A stretch of 64,000 nucleotides of DNA from Camelus dromedarius (taxonomy: Eukaryota): positions 93,746,001-93,810,000 of the forward strand of contig NC_087436.1 in NCBI RefSeq assembly GCF_036321535.1, read 5' to 3'. The translations under genes were made by a program, and so were the position numbers. The notes under the pieces were generated by a model that saw only the letters and a program-made list of their open reading frames with translations, ran no database searches and was not told the DNA's origin. This document shows positions 1 through 13,129 of this stretch, in pieces. The first letter of the stretch is position 1. Every line of letters starts with the position of its first letter.

Positions 1-21
1 CATCCAAGCCTTGGTTTCCAT

Positions 22-146
22 GCCAGAAATTATTATGCAAATGAGGACACTTTTGAGAGTAAAAGGAGCTGCTTTTAATACTTTTGCCAGAACAGCAAAC
101 ATAAACCAGAACCATCCAATGGACAATTGGAACACGGGGTCACGCT
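22..146. mobile_element. hAT-Blackjack MITE relic (MER94-like)
   Basis: ggacacttttgagagt-aaagg...ataaacc...ggtcacgct resembles the recalled MER94 consensus. Confidence 0.55.
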
Positions 147-234
147 AATGACAAATCTCCTTTCATTCCCCACTTTGACGACTCCAGTTAAGATGTACAT
201 GGCACCGTATTTGTTGGCTCTTTCACGTGGCAAA

Positions 235-460
235 TGTTCATTGAGTGTTTTCTAGGTGCTAGGTTCTCTACTTGTGTTATATTGTTTTATCCTCATGAGA
301 ACCCTCTGAGGTAACTGTTAACTGTTATTTCCATTTTTGCAAATTAAAAAAAAAAATTAAGACTTTGTTAGTTACTTGGCCAAGATCACAGTACCTGTAA
401 GTCAGGGCTAAGACTTTAATTTAGGCTGTCCCTGCTCTTGGGCTGCATACACTCAAACTG
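235..460 (-). mobile_element. MIR SINE
   Basis: Reverse MIR core (ttacttggccaagatcacag, tcctcatgagaaccctctgaggta). Confidence 0.7.
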
Positions 461-529
461 TATTGACATCACTGGCTGTGTTCTTGAGCCTGGCCCCATC
501 GGATGCTGTTCCCCCAAGGAGGTCACAGA

Positions 530-727
530 CGTATGGTAGGGTCGTTAAGAGAGGTCAGACCCAGAGGTCAGACTGCTTGGGTTTGAATCCTGGGTCCACC
601 ACTTATCAACCTTGTGCTTCACTCACTTTCGTTATCTATAAAATGGGTACAGTAACTTAGTATTGAGCTCTTAGGATTGAGGTGAGAAGTAAATGAATTC
701 ATGCCTTTGGACATTTGAACAATGCCT
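530..727 (+). mobile_element. MIR SINE
   Basis: gtcagactgcttgggtttgaatcctgggtccaccactta...tctataaaatggg. Confidence 0.75.
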
Positions 728-998
728 TCTTGTCTGTATCAGATGGTACAGATGTGCTGTGATTATTTTCTGCTTTCCAGGGGGGTCAGGATAGAATAAA
801 TGTTCTCAAATAAAGGGAGTTTGCTGGTATGGAGGAAAACCTCCACATATTTGGTGAAGGTGGAAAAGTTGAATTTTCCCATTATAAGATGGGTAACACG
901 ATCAAAATTGCAGGTCAAGGTAGGTTGTGGCATGGTGATTTTACCCACTAGGGACTATGCTGGGAACCAGCAAGGAAGGGAGATTCCTTAGCTGCACG

Positions 999-1012
999 GT
1001 GCCCCCTGGAGG
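999..1012 (-). promoter_or_regulatory. Candidate CTCF core motif
   Basis: Minus strand reads CCTCCAGGGGGCAC, one mismatch from the core CCAC/GCAGGGGGCA/GC. Confidence 0.35.
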
Positions 1013-2262
1013 GAGCAGAAAATGAGTGCTTCTGGGCGGAGGCCTGTGCGGTTGTGCTGTGCTGTGCACCGGTGGCATTTCTGACATGTCCCCCCGGAGG
1101 AGCAGTTTGGTCACAGGGCTAAGGGAGCAGAACTGCAGAGGGGGCAGCCGTTGTACCTGTGGACATCCTCTTCCCTTTGAGCAGCTTCTCTGCAGCAGAT
1201 GCACACGCGCAGTTGAAATGTGAGGGTGTCTCCCAGGACCTTTCCCCGGGATGCAGGGTCCTGCCTAGCTTCTGCAGTTGCTGCAGGGATGACCCTCTCT
1301 TCATGGCTTATTTGTAAAGGGCATCATGTGCCCGTCGGCGCACGGGAGCTGCTCCGCTCCAGGCAGTTACCGAGGTTCTGTTGTTCCCCCCAGGATGGGA
1401 GGATCCACGTTCTGTTAGCATAACTAGGTTGTCTTTGGTATTTTGGTAGTTCCCCCCCCCCCCAGAAGGTGTGATTAGCAATTCAGGAAGGAGGCACCTA
1501 GTCTGGGTGTGGGGGCTGAGATGTGGAAGGTTGAATTAGGTTGAATGTGGTCACTTTGGGACCGTTTGCTGCATTTCTTCACTTTTTATGAAGTTCACTT
1601 GTGGAAACTTTAGAAGATGCTATTTGAGACCCAGCCTCCTGGCTCCACAGAAGTGTGGCACCTTGTCTGCCTCTCCTGTCCTGGGGAAGGTGATCTCTTC
1701 AATTGATGTGCAGCCTTGGGGAGGCCCCAGACCACAGGTTGCGATGAGAGACCCCACTTCCAGGCACCTGGCAGCCCTGGAGATTAACAGCTAGGCAGAT
1801 GTGGTTGCCAGATCGCCCTCTCATGTCCCATGAATTTCTTTGTACAATTTTGGATTTTTTCACTTGTTACAATACGCATATGATACTTAATTTTTTTAAA
1901 AAAAATGAATACTTGAACTTTTAAAAGGAGGATAAGGAGCATGATCTCAACTCAGTATCTCTAAATGACAAAAGAATGAATGGAACATGTGTGCTAAGGT
2001 ATCTCACAGGTTGGTCCACTCTGCAGGCTTTTCAGGATTTGGTGCTAATGACAAGCTCCGAGACCAATTCTCATGAAAGCACGTTTTTAATAGCAAAAAA
2101 TAGCCACAATTTCATTTTCCAACAATCGAGGGCTAATTACTAAATTAGATGATTGGACATTTTGTAGTAATTGAGGGCACAGTCAGCACACTTTGTAGAG
2201 GGTTTTAGTGTAAGTTGACCGGTGGCCAAGACTAACCTCCTGTTCTCTGGCTTTTCTCCTAG

Positions 2263-2409
2263 TGTTTTGCTGTGCGCTCTCTGGGGTGGGTGGAGATGGC
2301 AGAGGAGGACCTCGCCCCTGGCAAGAGTAGCGTTGCCGTCAACAACTGCATCAGGCAGCTTTCCTACTGCAAAAATGACATCCGAGACACAGTCGGCATC
2401 TGGGGAGAG
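2263..2409 (+). CDS. APBB2: APBB2 coding exon, start of PTB1/PID1 ([49 protein letters not shown])
   Basis: Branch-like ACTAAC 2231-2236, pyrimidine tract and AG 2261-2262; 147 nt = 49 codons; GAG|gtaagt donor; peptide recognised as FE65-family PTB1 of APBB2. Confidence 0.97.
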
Positions 2410-3929
2410 GTAAGTAACGGGTGGGAATAATTCACGGCAGACTGTTCACAGAGTTCCGTGAGACGTGGTACTGGGGGCACTGAAGGTGTGGGGGGTGCAC
2501 TTTCCTGTGAAGGCAGGCAGTGTAGGCGCGGAGCACCTGTGATGACCTGTGGTCCCGGGGAGGACGGGGCCCTGGGAAAGGGCATTTCTCAGTGCCTCAG
2601 TGACAGAGTCTACCCTGGTATCCCAAGTCCCCAGGGAGCCACGGACGGACTTCAGGGCCCAGAAACCCCCTAGGCCTCCATGCAGAGTTGGGTCTGCCAG
2701 TCTCCAGAAGCTGCCTTCTGGGAGGAAGACCCACGCCTCCCCCTTTCTTCTTTATTTACAGTCTGAAAATCCATGTCGTTCCTGAGTTATGGAACTGATA
2801 ACTATATAGTCTTTCTCACTGGGAACAAAGTAATTCCCCTTTGAAATGTTAGTTGAGATTGTTTCAGAGAGGAAAGTAATGAGTAAAAGTTCCAAACTTG
2901 CTATAAGAATCACATGAAATCAGCAGGCAAGCCTTTACAGTGGTCAGCTAGGAGTTGCTGAGTGCTCATGGGAAAACGGAAAGGGCGCATATGGGAAGAC
3001 ATAAGCGTGCTCAATCAACTCAGCAGAAGCCACGATGCATTTTCACTCAGGGAGACTCCACACTCAGCCAGCCGTTCTCACTTCAGATCACCAGCTGGAA
3101 ACTGTCACTGGTTCTGTCCAATAACACGAAGTTTGTCGGTGGAGTTAACTGATGAACATGGCCCCTCTTGTCTTTGTGAAGACCAGTTGTGGTTTGTGAG
3201 CTGAATCAATCCTAAGGAAATTCATCACCCAGCTCAGTGAGGGGGCACTTGACCTCGCTATGGGTCATATCCTACCAAGCAAGTTTAATGTATCAGGTGA
3301 TGTCAGTCAAAACAAAGCCTTTCAGAGTCTGTTAGCCAGGAAAACAGCTGCCTGGCAAAGGGGTGGGGTCATCAGGTGACAGTTGCGTTGGGGGCCATGC
3401 CCCAGTGAGTCTGAGATGCCGTAAAGTCATGTGAACATTAGCTGTTGTAGTACCGAGAAGTGTCACAAAGCCGAGAAGAGACAGACATTGTGAGCCTGGG
3501 AAGGCCGTGCAGGGGCTGCCTGGTAGGTCTGGCCAGAGCGGAAGGAGTAGGGAGAGAGGGGTTATGAGAGGATGACAGATTTGGAGTTAGTAAGAGACCA
3601 GATTCTCCAGGGAACCCGCCATTAGCCTTTTTCCTTAGAGTTAAGATTCAAAGTGTAAATAATTAAAAATAAGAGCCCAATAGAAAGCAGGCTAGGGACA
3701 CATTTCAGAGGCTCTGGAGGAGAGAGAAATTGAGCACGTGAGGGGAAGATGAAAGATTTATGAGTATTTTAATCAGGAGGGGCTGTTGTTCTCTTAGGAA
3801 AACAAGTTACAGACCCCAGGGGTGGCTTTTTAATGGTTGAAATGACGTCCCGGTATAGCCAGGAACATCCTGAGGACGAGGACATGTAGCTTTGTGAAGA
3901 AGGTAACCTGTCTTCTCGTCGCACCCCAG

Positions 3930-4057
3930 GGGAAGGACATGTACCTGGTCCTGGAGAACGACACGTTGAGCCTGGTGGACCCCATGGACCGCAGCGTGCT
4001 CCACGCACAGCCCATCGTGAGCATCCGTGTGTGGGGCGTGGGCCGCGACAACGGCCG
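3930..4057 (+). CDS. APBB2: APBB2 coding exon, PTB1 (GKDMYLVLENDTLSLVDPMDRSVLHAQPIVSIRVWGVGRDNG-R)
   Basis: ccccag| acceptor; 128 nt = 42 codons + 2 nt; CG|gtgagt donor; phase 0 continues the previous exon; contains the PTB hallmark IRVWGVG. Confidence 0.97.
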
Positions 4058-5654
4058 GTGAGTGCCCCAGGCTGGCGCCGTCCTGTGTCACGTCATCAGG
4101 TGCCCCAGTTTTAGCTTTGCCCCCAGGTGTGGCCTCGCTACTACTGCAGCCATTGAATATGAACCTTGACAGTACACTCTCTGCAGAAATGTAAAAAATT
4201 AAAGCACATCTCTGTACCCTGCCTCATAAACCCTCCAAGCTACTTCCGTGCCTGGTTTCTGTACCTCGGACCTTTTGTCAGCTCTGGATCCTGCCGCTGG
4301 TTCTGCATCTTTTCTCTCCCTGCTCATCCTCATTCACCTGAGTTCCCAATCACCCAAGTTCCCTGAACTCCCACCTTTCTTTTTTTCCCCTCTTCTCTGC
4401 AATCTGTTTTAAAGTTGAGTCTCAGCCATTTCAGATGCCCTGGTGTTGATATTTTCTTCGTAGAGGGCCAGTTGGAAGGGAGAGGTTGCACAGCCTTTAA
4501 TCACAAGCTTTAGATCATGATGCTCGGGAACTTCTGGGGTTTGGAGTTGACTGAAGTTTTTTAACATTTGAAATGTCTAGTCATACCAAAATTCCATTCA
4601 AGTGTGTGTTTTTCTGAAATTCTACAGAACATTTATTTCCAGCAAATGCTTCTTACTTAGATGTGTTGTGAATTTTTTTGTTCTCCAGAATGACTGGAAA
4701 CAAGGAAGTTCTGAGTTTTAAGTACATATTCTAACTAATAAAGTGGTAGTTATCACAGACATCATACTCAGGTACCATTATTAAATAATTGGGCTACATG
4801 AAATGCATTTAACTCTTGAATTGTAGTTAATCTTTAGCAATTCTCAAGGTACCAAGGATCTCCTAGCATTTAGGGGCGAGCTATAGCATTATTTATTGCT
4901 TTGTTGAAAATGCACAAGAGCACTGCAGAAGCTGGTGAAAATCTCAGACGACAGAGAGATGGCTCTCCTGGGCGTTCTGGTTTATTGGGTTGTGTGGTCC
5001 TCCAGGGAGCTCTGCTTTAGCTTCCCAAGGCTGAGCAGTAGCACATTTGACAGTCTTTTGATTCAGTTCCAAGTCCTAAGCCTGAAAGGAAAATGGTTAA
5101 GCATTCATCAAAGAACAAGCATGTTTGCTGTGACCACACGTGAGAAATGTCTGCAAAAGAGAGAGCTGAAGTGTCCTCTGATGGTTGATTGGATAAACCT
5201 TCCTGGGAGCACAGTTGTGTCTTTGAGCTTCTGTAACAGTGATGAACAGTGACAGCTGGACCAGGTGCTTTGGGGGGAATGGGTGGGTCAATTATTCGTA
5301 CACACCTGTCACTCACTTGAAGTTGATACGTTGGCATGAATTGATTAATTTTATGAGGAAAATACCTGATGATGTTTGTGCATCATTAAAAACATTTAGC
5401 CTTGATGGAAGAGTATAAGATGCCTGATCCTTCTCTGCTTCCTGTCCTCTAAGTTTGTTTTTAAGGCGGGAGCAAAGGTGAAGATCATTATATACATGTA
5501 CAACTGGATGGAGGTTGTGTTTTCTTAAGATTAGCTTTTGAGAGAATTTTATTGATAAGGTTTTCAGTTCACCCCAACTCTTTATAAGGCCAAATGTTAC
5601 ATGTTCGGGGAGAAAAAAAAAATGATTCAAACTCCAGTTGATAAAATTATTCAA

Positions 5655-5800
5655 GCCCCGAGCCTCAGTTTCTCTTATCTGTGAAGTGGGGATGATAATA
5701 AGGATCACAAAGCGTATGTACATCTGTGCCTGTATGTGGGTATAGTAGTTGCAACAGTGATGGAGGACATGGAAGATGCTTAATGAATGTTAGCTCTTAA
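5655..5800 (+). mobile_element. MIR fragment
   Basis: gagcctcagtttctcttatctgtgaagtggggatgataata core and tgaatgttagct tail. Confidence 0.65.
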
Positions 5801-6383
5801 TTTGTTAAGGCAGCATCCACTGTCAGTTACAGCTAAGTACATGACTTCCTTTCAAAGACAGGGAGGGGTAAGGGAGGGGTAAAGAAGGTGTCAGACCTCA
5901 GAGAGGTTTCAAGGACAGTTTATCATTTGGTAACAGAGAGTGAGAGACTGTTCCAGATACTGTAAGTTCAGTTGTCCTACAAAGCAGAGAGAGCCCCCCC
6001 ACCAACCTTCTGTTCCCCCAGTGACATCAGTGTAAATTAGGGTTACATTGCCTTGGCTGTGTTTTTGAAATCTGGGCTGGATTACTCATGTTTTTTAAAA
6101 TCACTTCTTATTCTTACTCAATGTTAGCAGATAAATGTAATTTAGAAATACACTCAGGGTTCCGCATCAGCTGTCAGGATCTCAGAAAGCTCCTAAAGTG
6201 GTTGGGGGCCCTTGAACTGGATTGCTTTTGGAAGCAGTAAATAAAAAAGTACGTTTGTCAGTGAAAGGTTCTATATCTCCCTATTGGTCCTCTGAGTTTT
6301 CATTCTTTGCAAGAAGGGGCCTTTGTATTCCTGCTATTTTTTTTCAATACTTCCTTTTGCTTTTGATTCTTTTTTTTTTACAG

Positions 6384-6452
6384 CAATTTACAAGAGCAAA
6401 TTCAATTTGTAATGCTGCAAAGGAAAGGGGTTTTACACTTTGCATGAATAAA
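6384..6452 (+). other. Candidate alternative terminal (intronic polyadenylation) or poison exon
   Basis: Long T-tract plus cag 6381-6383; in frame after exon 3930-4057 to TGA 6445-6447; AATAAA 6447-6452. Sequence-only prediction. Confidence 0.4.
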
Positions 6453-7984
6453 ACATAAAAGTGTTTCATTTTGCTTGCGAAAATGAGCCCATTTCGCATT
6501 CTCTTTTGTAACTTCCCTTGCTGAGAAAATGGAATCTCTTAGGGGATTTCTTGATGTGGTTAAAATGAATATGAGAAGTATGTATACCAGAGGCTTGAAG
6601 GGCGCAGTCTGTCTTGAAATTCAGAGTGCTTCACTGAGCCGTGTAATTTCAGAATTTATAAAGTTATTTCGGGTTTAGCATTTTCTTAAGGCTTTCAAGT
6701 GGATTTGCTTTGCTCTCAAGAAATTCCTTATGGATAAGTTTACTCTGAGAGGAGGCGATCCAGCTGGGGTGCCCCCTCCCCACTGCTCCCCCAGGTTGAT
6801 TTGCAGAAACCTTTTATTATGAGTGGCTAAGGAGTCACCGTCACATCCGATGTTGGTTCTTTGTGGGGCGTTGGTGGTTGCAGGACTGGGCTGAAGTTTT
6901 TGTCTTGTTCCTTGGAGTAACGCCTGCCTTTTTTAGGGCTTTTCTTGGAGCCCATTTGCATTACTGCCAGGCAAGGGGAGGGCTACCTCCCTCTCTCTTG
7001 GCTATTCTGTACTTTGGCTCTTTTTGATCACAGTGAGATAAATGTCAAGGCTCCCAGAGATGGGGATTGGTGAAAGGGGTTTCATGAGCCTTGTATTTCC
7101 TATCCAGGGTGGCTGCAGGGAACGTCCAGCTTGACCTGCTGTGCTTCCGTCCTCATGTGTGAGAATGGCCTGGGTTATAGAGCTGGCATTTGCCCCCAGG
7201 GACTGGGGCAAATGACCACAGTGCCACCTCTCACCTTGTCTCTAAGGAACTGCAGGCTGCTGCTCCAAGGATGGGGGACTTCAAGACAACTTCAGGGGCC
7301 CTGCCAATCTGGCCACAGCTCTCCTGTTTACTCATTCGACCCTGGGAAGCAGCACTGTCCTTATTCTTTTAAGGAGGTAGCAACAGCAAGCAGACACAAC
7401 GTCTGAACAAAGGAGACTTTAAACAGACACTTTCCTTGCCTCTTGTGGCAGATATGGGAAGGGGCACACGGGTCCTTCTGTCCGTTGCCAGCAGGCACTA
7501 CAGTCCGCTCATCCCACCTGTTTCCCAAGAGAAAGGAAAGTGGGTGGATGGTATAGTCACAGGGTTTCAGACCTGCTAAGTGGCATTTTCCAGGTCAGTG
7601 TACCATGGAGCACTTATCAGGTCAGATGTTCATAGACTTTCCTTGAGAGTAAAAGAAAAAAAGGGTTCTAGGGTCAGCTGGGAGAGTGGGTTAAACCCAG
7701 GGCAACAGGCCCCTCTGCTCTGGACCCTCCCGGAACTTCTCCTGTGCTGATGTGTGCTGCAACCCTTCTCCTCACGGAAATGCAGTCGCATGGAACACAC
7801 TGTGGGAAATGGTGCTCTGGTCAGCAAACCCATTAAATTAGTGGCAACACTAGGTTGCTGTTTTTGCCTTTAAATTGGAATTACTTTTAGTAAATAACCA
7901 CTATAAGTGAAGCTGGCTTCTAATAAGGAAGATAAAACTCCTTCGTAATTGGTAGCAGCCGTCATAGCCACTGTGCTCCAGTGC

Positions 7985-8024
7985 TTTTTTCAGCTGAAGT
8001 ATTGGTGATTTACAATGTTGTGTT
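7985..8024 (-). mobile_element. Extremely 5'-truncated L1 3'-tail remnant
   Basis: T-run followed by tgaagtattggtgatttacaatgttgtgtt, resembling the L1 termini at 8621 and 17655. Confidence 0.4.
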
Positions 8025-8574
8025 TTTAAAAAACACTTTACTGTGCAGGTTAAATGTTGAACCTGTGATAGTGTTTGTGCTTAGAGCTTATAAAGCAAAA
8101 CTTCTCTGAGAAGGTGTTTTATGCATCTCTTTTTTGTTTTTGATGAGCAGTTTTTAATAAAATCTTACCATATAATAGATTATTTATAAATTTCCAAATG
8201 TTGATCTTTGACTTAACTGTTTTATCTGGTTAAGATCTCAGGGAACTTTTATCCAAATAATACATTGTCTCAAGTACCCTGAATATTTTTTTCACCTCTT
8301 CTCTTGGGATATTCCCAACTGGCTTTATTCACATAGTCCCTGGTTAAGTTGTTGCAGAAGTTTATTTCCACACATAGTTCATGTTCCCATTTCCCTACTA
8401 GTGTTGTTTTGTTGTTTTGTTTTGATTTCTTTTGGAAAACAGTGCTTAATTTTGGGACAGATGAGGGTGGGATATGCATGGAACATCCTGATTGCAGCAC
8501 AAAGGTTAATTAGTTATAGGCTTTTAAATGTAAAATGTGGTTTAGTAACCAGTCTCTTTCAACTTCTTTATTTT

Positions 8575-9372
8575 TTTTCAGGATTTTATTTTATTAATTT
8601 TTCTTTTATTTATTTATTTATTGAAGTATAGTTGTTTTAAAATACTGTGTTAATTTCTGGTGTACAGCACAGTGATTCAGTTATACATAAATATATATTC
8701 CTTTTCCAGTTACACACATACACACAAACAACTTCTTTATCCACAACTTCTTTATCAACAACTTCTTAATTTAGGTTTCATGTCTTGGCTATTGTAAATA
8801 GTGCTGCTGTGGACACTAGGATGCATGTATCTTTTCGAATTAGAGTTCCCTCTGGATACAGGGGGATTGCTGGATCATATGGTAAGTCTATTTTTAGTTT
8901 TTTAAAGAATCTCCATACTGTTCTCCATAATAGCTGCACCAAACTACATTCCCACCAACAGTGTAGGAGGGCTGCCTTCTCTCCACACCCTCTCCAACAT
9001 TTATCATGGGCTTTTTAACGATGGCCATTCTGACTAGTGTAGAGGAGAAACCTCACTGTAGTTTTGATTTGCATTTCTCTGATATTTAGCGATATTGAGC
9101 ATTTTTTCATGTGCTTATTGGCCCTTTGTATGTTTTCACTGGAGAAATATTTGTTTAGATCTTGTTTAGGTCATATCGTTAATATTTTCTCCCACTCCAT
9201 AGGTTGTCTTTTTGTTTTATTTGTAGTTTCCTTTATTGTGCAAAAGCTTTAAGTTAATTAGGTTCCATTTGTCTGGTTTTGCTTTTATTTCTGTTGCCTG
9301 TGTAGACCGCCCTAGGAGAACATTGCTGAGACTTGTGTCAGAGAATGTTTTGCCTATGTTCTCTTCCAGGAG
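8575..9372 (-). mobile_element. 5'-truncated, internally deleted L1 with 16-bp TSD
   Basis: T-rich tail plus L1 3'UTR/ORF2 end in antisense; TSD tcaacttctttatttt (8559-8574) / tcaacctctttatttt (9373-9388). Confidence 0.88.
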
Positions 9373-10369
9373 TCAACCTCTTTATTTTCGAGATTAACTG
9401 AGGACAGAAGGGTGTAATTTACCTTAGGTGACCCGTCTAGTTGTAACAAGGCAAAGACAGCCTCCTGGAATTAACCTCTGTCCAAATAGGAGCTCCTCTG
9501 TTAATTCTGACAAGAGATAACGGATGGTCTAAAATAATCTGGGGTCAGCAGAGGGGCTGAGAACTCTACACTCTAAGGCCTGGTCCCTTTCCTTAAGAAG
9601 ATAAAGCCACAGGTGTGAATTAAAAGCAGAGATTGAAAACTATAGCCCCAAGCTAAAAATGTTTTTTCCATCTTTAGTGGGTTGTTTAAAAAAAAAAAAA
9701 AAGAAAAGGAAAAAAGTAACACAGGACCCAAAGTGGAGGACCCCATATGGCCTGGTTCTTTACAGAAAGAACGTTATGAATAGTGATGCATTGAGAGTAT
9801 AATCGGGCAATCATTGTGGGTTCTGTGGGAAGTCGTTGGGAAAAAGGCAAGTCCCTTTTGACTGTCTCTCCCCTTTCCTACCTGTGTCTCAGTTCTGCCA
9901 ATGTTACCCAGGGTGCCTGTAAGCATTGCTCAGCCCTGCTGCTGTTCCTAGAGCACGGGCCAGGCTGCTACACCAAGTCCTCAAAAGTCCATGGGCTAAA
10001 ATCCTGGAGATGAGTCCTCCCGCAGGAGTCTGCAGCAAGCTGTGCCATCAGGGGAGTGGGGGTGAGGTGGAGGGGGCTCTGTGTTAGCCGGACTCAGAAG
10101 CCTTCTAGGTGTCTCTTCTGCCGTCCCTCCAGAGTCTTCCTCGTCTGACCGGCCAAGGGACTTCTCTCTAAGTTGAAGGCAACCTGGAGCTTGCACATAT
10201 CACATTATGCCCACATTCTGGTCACATCCTGTTGGCCACATGCAGCTGCAAGGGATTCTGGGAAATGGGCCAACAATTACCAAATGGGCCAACTATCAAA
10301 AGAGAAGAGGTGAAACCACTAGAACTCAGACACAGTCTGAAAACGAATCACCTCAGTGTTTCCAGCCTG

Positions 10370-11010
10370 TGACCTATTGCTTCCTAGGCCAGTTATTAAG
10401 CTGCTGTCCCTCAGCTCTGAGCTCCCCCTTCTCTGCTCTGCTTTGTGAGGCTGGAGCTGGGACTCTGCCAAACACATTTCTGCTTCTCTAGTTGGCTGAC
10501 TGTTAGGCTCCAACTAGAAGGGGCTGCCAGGCTGGAGGAGGAAGGAGGGACTTGCTTCCTGTGTCTGTGAGCTTCATCCTAGAAAAGCTTCCTCTTGCTG
10601 CATCAGTTTTGAGCCCACCTTCCAGTCTTCCCAACACTCACAGAAATGCAGGACCATTTATCACACCCTTTCTTCATAGCCACCCGCACCACTGGCTGGT
10701 GGGCCCTCTTTAAAGGTCTGGGTCCCTGGCCCTTGGGGCCCCTGCCTTAAGTCTGGAGGCACCATCTAGCAGCACCCTCCTCAGTGTCAGAGGTTTTGCT
10801 CCCCGGGGCTTCTCCAAGCTTTTATGCTTTAATAATTCCAACCTCTGCCCTTTGTTCTCTCAACCCTCCCGGTCACAGCCCGGTCTTAACAGCTGCTGCC
10901 TCCATGATACCTTCTTCCTGTTCCCTTTTGAGTTTTGTAGTTACAGCTCTTTATGTGATCTCTCTGTTCCAGTCACTGGTGTGGTTCCTGTCTCCTGCCT
11001 GTCCTCTCCC
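10370..11010. mobile_element. ERVL solo LTR (LTR33-like); MaLR (MLT1) remnant just upstream (~10130-10280)
   Basis: gctggagctgggactctgccaaacacatttc...gttaggctccaactagaagggg...ggctggaggaggaagg resembles recalled LTR33. Confidence 0.55.
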
Positions 11011-13129
11011 GGGGGACCTCTACACTGGGTTAGCACTGACTAAAGGGGACAGCGTGGAGGGCGTGTCTGCTGTGAGGGGGGCACTGGAGAGAGCGGCTTT
11101 TTTTGAACAAGCCAGTGAGGGTGGCTATTCTGTCTGTTCAGCCACCGCACACTGTGGGTGACACCACAGCCCTTGTGCCAGGGAGACGTCCTTTCTAAAG
11201 TAGTGGGGGCTGTCAGTGATAGAGGCAGTTCTGTTTTAGGTGACAGGGACTTAGAAATAGTGAGCCTCTTGGTTTTTGAGCTAATCTGAAAGTCATCTCT
11301 ATTTCCCCTTTGCCACGGTTTCTTTTCCTCGGAGTGATGGAGGGAGGCGGGGCCTCACAGGGAGGACGGAGAGCTTCCTGATGATGTCTTGTCAGAGGGT
11401 CCTCTGAGCCAGGCGGCAGTGAAAGATTGATGGAATTCCAAGATCTCCTGATAAAAGTTTAATCTAGGGTATATATTGTCTTGCCTCAGGGAGAAAAGTC
11501 TTTGGGGAGAGAACAGTAATTCTCTCCCTACACTCCAAAATTATCTTAACCTCAAGAGTTAATTTCTTTTTAATAGAGACACCTGAGAAGCAGGGGCATC
11601 AGGATTTAGTTGGCCATTCTGCTGACTTACATTGTAGTTTCGCTGTATCTCTTTGGAAGTAGCATCCTTGTCTTCTGTTAATCATGCTGGGATGCTTGCT
11701 AATATTTTCAATTTAGAATAACCTTTAAGGAAAGACATTGAAAGTCATTATCCAAGAAAAGTGTTTCTCAGAGGAATATGTTGAAGGCATTTTCAAGCAG
11801 ATCCTTCCTGGTGGTGCTGTCCCTGTTGGTGGGTACATAAAAACAACAGTTTCTTCTGAGGAACATGTCGTATGTTTTGGTAACTGGTTCAGTGCATAAT
11901 CCAGTGTTTCTCATAAGCCTGTTTCAGCACCAGCTGGTGAAGTGTGGGAGCTTCAGGTTGTCATGTCAAGAGAAGCAAAAAACTTTGATGATGATCCCTG
12001 AGCAGCTTCCACTTGTGCTCCCCCTGAATCCCACGCCAGATGACGACTGGCCCTTTCTGGATGCAGCCTGGGGGTGCTCCGTCATGCTGGGCTCCAGTGG
12101 GTCTCATCAGTCTGGAAAGTCCCATGATCTTTGGGAGCACTTGGAGCATTCCGAAACCAGAGGGGAGAGTAGTGTTGGTGGAGGAGTAGCCCCACAACCC
12201 GTGCAAACACAGATTAGTGTCTTAGAGCGCAGGAAAAGTCGTAACCCTTGAAACCCAGAGCATCACTTGGTCGCTGGCCTGTTGTAATTCCACAAATGAT
12301 TAAGTGTTTGATAAATCGCTAAAAGCCTTATGTTGTTGCAGGCAAATGGGCCACTGCTTTCATACACAAATTGTCACCTTGAACTCTTTCACTTAAATGT
12401 AATCGCCTGAGGTTTTTGGCTTCATGATGAATCCAATGATTGAGTCAGTTCCTGTGATTCATTTCTACTCACCGAGTGCTTCTAAAGAACTCCTAAGTAT
12501 AAATTTATTGGAAATGAAGCCAGAAAAATCTAAGTCTCAGTCTTTAGCCCAGTGGAACCAAGTGTTTCTGAGGGCACTGAAACTCGGTCCCAGGAGACTC
12601 AGTAGGGAGTGACAGCCTATGGGATAGGTTTGCAGGAATTTTACATACAGCAACGGTAGAGGCACCAGTATCGTTTTTTTGATTACCAAATTTGTGAAAT
12701 AGATACTTAGTTCAGATTGAAAGTGTCCAGTTCTCTCTGGCCCGAGCCCCTCAGCAGCCCTCCCACCCCCTCTGCCTTTGGACAGAACTGGAATGGGGCT
12801 CGGGGCAAGGGTAAGAGGGCACCAGTCATTCCTAGATCTATAAGCTTCTGTCTGAACTCCAGTGAACTGAGCTGCCTCATGAAAGAAGCTTTGCTCCTTG
12901 CTGCAAACCTTGAGGCCACAGATAGTTGTGTGTGTTGCACCTACTCACTTACTTACGGCCGGGTCACCTTTGCTCTTAGTCCCCTGTGGTTAATGGCTCT
13001 GCATAGTTAACAACTTGGGGATCCTTCCAGCCCCCACATGCAGGCAGTGGTCAGGCCCTAGTGATTCTGCCTCCTTAGTACTTAGGTCAGAGCATAAGCT
13101 TCATAAAATTAGAAACAGGCTCTGATACA

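Noticed and set aside
1..20. 19/20 match to 32221-32240 (catccaagccttggt.tcca)
   Set aside because: Similarity does not extend downstream and the window edge hides the upstream side; chance or a tiny MER21 remnant.
235..727. Inverted MIR pair as a dsRNA/editing hairpin
   Set aside because: Copies appear too diverged for a long stable duplex.
8728..8772. Short periodic repeats (also 49730-49771, 52181-52222) as CRISPR-like arrays
   Set aside because: No unique spacers, only 2-3 units, mammalian intron, no cas genes.
11922..11940. TTCAGCACC as a REST/NRSE site
   Set aside because: Only the left half-site; GGACAG half is absent at the right spacing.
12436..12449. Same 14-mer atgattgagtcagt here and at ~35088
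   Set aside because: A few such matches are expected by chance in 64 kb; only the AP-1 core is meaningful and nothing else supports a link.
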